Assembly (NCBI GenBank): GCA_963745235.1
Contig: CAVUXE010000104.1
Coordinates: 1-11,498 of the forward strand
From: an uncultured Spirochaetota bacterium
Lineage (GTDB): Bacteria > Spirochaetota > Spirochaetia > SZUA-6 > Fen-1364
Direction of reading: 5' to 3'
Length of the DNA: 11,498 bases
Made by a program: the position numbers and the translations under genes. The notes beneath the pieces are model-generated. The model was not told the origin of the DNA and did not search any database. It was given only the letters and a program-made list of their open reading frames with translations. Below are positions 8,307 to 11,498 of this stretch, piece by piece; positions within the stretch are counted from its first letter, which is position 1, and every line of letters begins with the position of its first letter.

Positions 8307-9294
8307 TCATCGCTTTGGACGCACGAGATCAGGTGGTGTCTTGCCGAGCAGAACAGCCTTCGCGTTCTCCGCAGCGACGCGCCGGCACTCCTGGAGGGAG
8401 CCTTCGGACACGTACGCAACATGGGGAGTGATGAAGCAATTCTGCAGGGAAAACAAGGGATTGTCAGACCGGCTTCCATGATTCGAGCTTCGCGGGCTCC
8501 TCCTCCGTGTCATCCAGCCCGGCAGAGGCGATCCAGCCCTCCGACAGCGCTCGGTAGAGGGCCCTGTTATCGACGATCTTCCCGCGCGCACAGTTGATCA
8601 GCACGGCCGTCTTCTTCATCTTGCCAAGGGCAGTTTCGTTCACCAGGTGCTCGGTCTCGGGGGTATGCGGGCACATCACGTCCACCACGTCCGATCCTGC
8701 CAGCAGCGCATCCAGCTCCACTTTCTCCACGCCGAAGGTCGCCATGAATCCCCGCGACACGTACGGGTCATAGGATACGATATGAAAGTTGAAGGCCCGC
8801 ACCTTGCGGGCGAGATTCTGCGCAATCCTCCCGAAACCGATGAGCCCCCAGGTGGAGTCCCGCAACCTTTGCATGGGCCCTTTCGATTCACTCCAGTGCC
8901 ACTTCCCCGCCCGCGTCCCCTCCGCGTACCAGGGGATTCTCCGCAGGAGCATCAGCGCCAGGGCGATGGAGTGGTCCGCGACCTCGTCCAACGCGTAATC
9001 CGGAACGTTAGTGACCACCATGCCGTGCTCGTACGCCGCATCTACATCCACGATGTCGACGCCCGTGCCGTAGCGGCAGATTGCCTTGCACCGCGTAAGT
9101 TTTTCGATTGTCGAGCGGGGGATTTTCGCATATTGCTGGAGGATTGCGTCGGCGTCCCCCGCCAGCCCTGCCAGGCCCTCGCCGGTCCTGCACTGCAGAC
9201 CTATCACGCGGGCCCCGATGGGCTCGAGCACGGACTTCTCGATCTCGTTGTCGGGGTAGTCGTAGTCGCTGATGTACACCTTGAAGTCTGCCAT
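8307..9294 (-). CDS. D-isomer-specific 2-hydroxyacid dehydrogenase (CtBP/SerA-like), split by a single frameshift near 8470
   Basis: ORF 8464..9348 has RYGTGVDIVD, VTNVPDY, EVADH, GLIGFGRIA, YDPY, INCARG, AGLDDTEEEP. ORF 8307..8591 supplies DNPLFSLQNCFITPHVAYVSE. Removing one G from CCGGTCTGAC gives a continuous 328-aa protein from ATG 9294. Confidence 0.9.
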
Positions 9295-9319
9295 CGCCTC
9301 GTTGCTCCCGTTCGTCATT

Positions 9320-9348
9320 GTTTTAGAGCCGTGTTTCCCCGATGTCAA
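9320..9348 (-). promoter_or_regulatory. Putative internal sigma70 promoter for the 2-hydroxyacid dehydrogenase
   Basis: Minus strand TTGACA (9348-9343), 17 bp, TAAAAC (9325-9320). Confidence 0.5.
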
Positions 9349-9352
9349 GGGA

Positions 9353-9371
9353 ATAGGAACGCCGTTTCATT
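9353..9371. promoter_or_regulatory. KdgR-box-like operator
   Basis: Minus strand AATGAAA-CGGCG-TTCCTAT: one perfect half-site and one 4/7 half-site, 4 bp upstream of the TTGACA. Confidence 0.65.
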
Positions 9372-9384
9372 TTCTGCCGCTTCC

Positions 9385-10257
9385 TCAGCCGCGAAACCGC
9401 GTCTCCGGCAGTCCCTTCACCCCGGGGCGCGCAGCCAGAAGCGTCCCCGCGAGAGGTTGCGTGCGGGCCTCTTCCTCCGTCAGCGTAAGACGCGATGTCG
9501 TGATGAAAAGGGTGTCCAGGGCGCTCCCCCCGAACGCAAGGCTTGTCGGGTTGCGGCAGGGAATCTCGATCACCCTGTCAACGGAACCATCCGGTGCATA
9601 ACGGACAACACGGGACCCGTTCCACTGCGCGTTCCAGAGGCACCCGTCGGCATCGATCACCGACCCATCAGGGATTCCCGGCTGGTCTCGGAAATCGCAG
9701 AACACTCGGCGGTTGCGGGGTTCGCCGCAATCCGCATCATAGTCGAAAGCCCAGATCACTGCCTGCGGCGAATCGGCGTAGTACAGGGTTCGTCCATCGA
9801 GGCTGAAACACGTGCTGTTCGCGCTGCTCAGGCCGCCGAAGAGCCGGTGCAGGCTGAGATCCACATCCAGACGGTACGCCGCGGACAGGCCCTTCTCTGT
9901 GGAGTCGAAGCCTCCCACGACGAACCTGCCCTGGCGGTCGCACCTGCCATCGTTGAGGCGAGTCATGGGAAGGTCCGTCTCGACGTCGACAATGCGCCGC
10001 TCGGCCGGCGCATCCAGGTCATAGAAGGACAGACTCTTTTCGAAGGCAATCAGCAGTCCGCCGCGCTCGCGGAATGCCAGGGAGCAGACCTTCTGCGGCA
10101 TGTTCCAGCTGACGGCAGCCCCCGGCCCCGGGTCCAGGCGCCAGAGCGCTCTGGATTCGATGTCGGTCCAGTAGAGCTTCCGCTCCTCATCCGACCAGAT
10201 CGGCCCCTCCGCATGCACGCAGCGATGCCCAGCCGCCACCTCAACCGTGCCGTTCAT
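9385..10257 (-). CDS. SMP-30/gluconolactonase/LRE family protein (sugar lactonase, 290 aa)
   Basis: RBS GGAGGT and ATG at 10257. Motifs HAEGPIW, LYWTDI, RLNDGRCDRQGRF, SANSTCFSLDGRTLYYADS, PDGSVIDADGCLWNA, PTSLAFGG, LFITT. Confidence 0.95.
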   Translation of the reverse strand: MNGTVEVAAGHRCVHAEGPIWSDEERKLYWTDIESRALWRLDPGPGAAVSWNMPQKVCSLAFRERGGLLIAFEKSLSFYDLDAPAERRIVDVETDLPMTRLNDGRCDRQGRFVVGGFDSTEKGLSAAYRLDVDLSLHRLFGGLSSANSTCFSLDGRTLYYADSPQAVIWAFDYDADCGEPRNRRVFCDFRDQPGIPDGSVIDADGCLWNAQWNGSRVVRYAPDGSVDRVIEIPCRNPTSLAFGGSALDTLFITTSRLTLTEEEARTQPLAGTLLAARPGVKGLPETRFRG

Positions 10258-10293
10258 CCCGCCACCTCCCTGGCCGCGCCTTCGCGCATTCCC

Positions 10294-10321
10294 AGTATAG
10301 ATCGACACCCTGCAGTGTCAA
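10294..10321 (-). promoter_or_regulatory. Putative sigma70 promoter for the lactonase operon
   Basis: Minus strand TTGACA (10321-10316), 16 bp, TATACT (10299-10294). Confidence 0.7.
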
Positions 10322-10322
10322 T

Positions 10323-10341
10323 ACTAAAACGGTGTTTCAAT
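10323..10341. promoter_or_regulatory. KdgR-box-like operator between divergent promoters
   Basis: ACTAAAA-CGGTG-TTTCAAT fits TRAAAYnnYRTTTYA and lies between the two divergent -35 elements. Confidence 0.72.
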
Positions 10342-10348
10342 TTCCCAG

Positions 10349-10377
10349 TGGACAGGTTCTCCAAGGTATGGTATTTT
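10349..10377 (+). promoter_or_regulatory. Putative promoter of the IclR regulator
   Basis: TGGACA (10349-10354), 17 bp, TATTTT (10372-10377), with an extended -10 TG at 10369-10370. Confidence 0.55.
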
Positions 10378-10397
10378 TGCCTATCAAAGGAAATCGC

Positions 10398-11267
10398 GTG
10401 CGCGAACCCACACCCGCCAAGGCCGTCGTCAAGACGATGAAGATCCTGGAATGCCTCTCCCGTGAGAGGAGCTTCGGAATCACTGAGATCGCGAGGCTCG
10501 TTTCCGCGGACTTCGGCAGCCCGCGGATGAACAAGAGCACCGTGTACCGTTTCCTCACCTCGCTGGAGAAGCTCGGCTTTGTCCGCCAGGATGGGGAAAC
10601 GGGGAAATACAGCCTCACCCTCAGGCTCTTCGAGATCGGCATGGCGGCCCTGGACAGGTTGGAGCTCTGGAGGGAGGCGGAGCCTGTGCTCAAAGAGATA
10701 GGCGGAATCACCGGGGAGACGGTCCATCTCGGGACGCTGGATGAGAGCAGGCTGGTCTACATCGGCAAGATCGAATCGGTGAAGACGCTGCGCGTCTCAA
10801 TGATGTCGAGAGTCGGCAAAACCGCGCCGACGTACTGTACCGGCCTGGGAAAGACGCTTCTCGCTTACCTCCCGCCCGAACGGGTGGATGACATACTCAG
10901 GAAGGAAAAGATGGTTCGGCTGACCGCTCGCACCATCACCAGAAAGACGGATCTGGAACGCGAGCTCGCCTCCATCCGTGAGAAGGGATACGCCCTGGAT
11001 GATGAGGAGCACGAGATCGGCGTTCGCTGCGTGGCCGCACCGGTGCGGGACAACAAGGGAACAGTATGCGCCGCTGTGAGCGTGTCGGTGCCGGTGATCA
11101 GGCTGACGGACAAGGAGATCCCCCGTTACCGACGCATCGTCACCCAGGCTGCTGACGAAATATCGAGGAGGATGGGGTACACGAAAAAGGGCTCTGCGCG
11201 CGCTTCAGGCTCCAACGGCAGGACCCCTGCGACGCACAGCATGAATGCATTCACGAGGAGGATTTGA
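10398..11267 (+). CDS. kdgR: IclR family transcriptional regulator, KdgR-like (289 aa)
   Basis: RBS AAAGGA and GTG at 10398. KSTVYRFL...LGFVRQDGETGKYSLTLRLFEIG and ETVHLGTLDE...VYIGKIES closely recall E. coli KdgR. IclR signature GYALDDEEHEIGVRCVAAPV. Confidence is for the IclR family; kdgR orthology is less certain. Confidence 0.9.
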   Translation: MREPTPAKAVVKTMKILECLSRERSFGITEIARLVSADFGSPRMNKSTVYRFLTSLEKLGFVRQDGETGKYSLTLRLFEIGMAALDRLELWREAEPVLKEIGGITGETVHLGTLDESRLVYIGKIESVKTLRVSMMSRVGKTAPTYCTGLGKTLLAYLPPERVDDILRKEKMVRLTARTITRKTDLERELASIREKGYALDDEEHEIGVRCVAAPVRDNKGTVCAAVSVSVPVIRLTDKEIPRYRRIVTQAADEISRRMGYTKKGSARASGSNGRTPATHSMNAFTRRI

Positions 11268-11269
11268 CA

Positions 11270-11498
11270 ATGGCACAGGCACGGGCTTTCTCGCACGTCG
11301 GGATCACCGTTCCCGACCTGGACAGGGCGGTGGACTTTTATACCAAGGTATTCGGCTGGTACCTGATCATGAAGCCGACTGTCGTGGAGGATGACGACAG
11401 CGCCATCGGCATCATGTGCCGGGACGTTTTCGGCAAGGACTACGGCAAGTTCAGGATTGCCCACATGTCCACCTCCGACAAAATCGGCGTCGAGATGT
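11270..11498 (+). CDS. VOC/glyoxalase (lactoylglutathione lyase family) protein, 3' truncated; absent from the ORF track
   Basis: RBS GAGGAGG at 11255-11261. Translation MAQARAFSHVGITVPDLDRAVDFYTKVFGWYLIMKPTVVEDDDSAIGIMCRDVFGKDYGKFRIAHMSTSDKIGVEM shows the VOC motif HVGITVPDLDRAVDFY and runs off the window. Confidence 0.9.
   Translation, partial: MAQARAFSHVGITVPDLDRAVDFYTKVFGWYLIMKPTVVEDDDSAIGIMCRDVFGKDYGKFRIAHMSTSDKIGVEM

Noticed and set aside
8460-8480. Programmed ribosomal frameshift or stop readthrough in the dehydrogenase
   Set aside because: No slippery sequence, no precedent I know of in this family, and readthrough of the TGA would not restore the frame.
10258-10397. ORF-track starts at 10308 (lactonase) and 10332 (regulator)
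   Set aside because: Both fall inside predicted promoter/operator DNA; RBS-supported starts exist at 10257 and 10398.
8647-10440. 597-aa + strand ORF
   Set aside because: Antisense shadow of the lactonase and dehydrogenase genes, with no recognisable motifs; long shadow ORFs are expected at high GC.
1-11498. CRISPR array, IS element, prophage, defence system, tRNA or rRNA
   Set aside because: No spaced repeats, transposase, integrase or nuclease motifs, or RNA gene signatures were seen; nearly all sequence is explained by metabolic genes.

Overview
GC-rich bacterial window of uncertain taxon (a diderm is suggested by an RND pump and a non-lipoprotein solute-binding protein). It begins with the 3' part of an AcrB-type RND permease that is heavily frameshifted in the first ~1 kb. 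The rest is a compact sugar/sugar-acid catabolic locus. On the + strand: KdgF-like cupin, Zn-dependent dehydrogenase and Gfo/Idh/MocA oxidoreductase. Converging on the - strand: SMP-30 lactonase, D-2-hydroxyacid dehydrogenase (one frameshift) and a CUT2 sugar ABC transporter (binding protein, ATPase, permease). Divergently: a KdgR-like IclR regulator and a truncated VOC/glyoxalase gene. The main unannotated structure is a repeated 19-bp operator (AATGAAA-N5-TTTCATT and variants) resembling the enterobacterial KdgR box, found beside sigma70-like promoters in three intergenic regions. This points to a local KdgR-type regulon controlling an enzyme set that does not match the classical KdgR pectin genes. 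No mobile elements, CRISPR arrays, tRNA or rRNA were seen.
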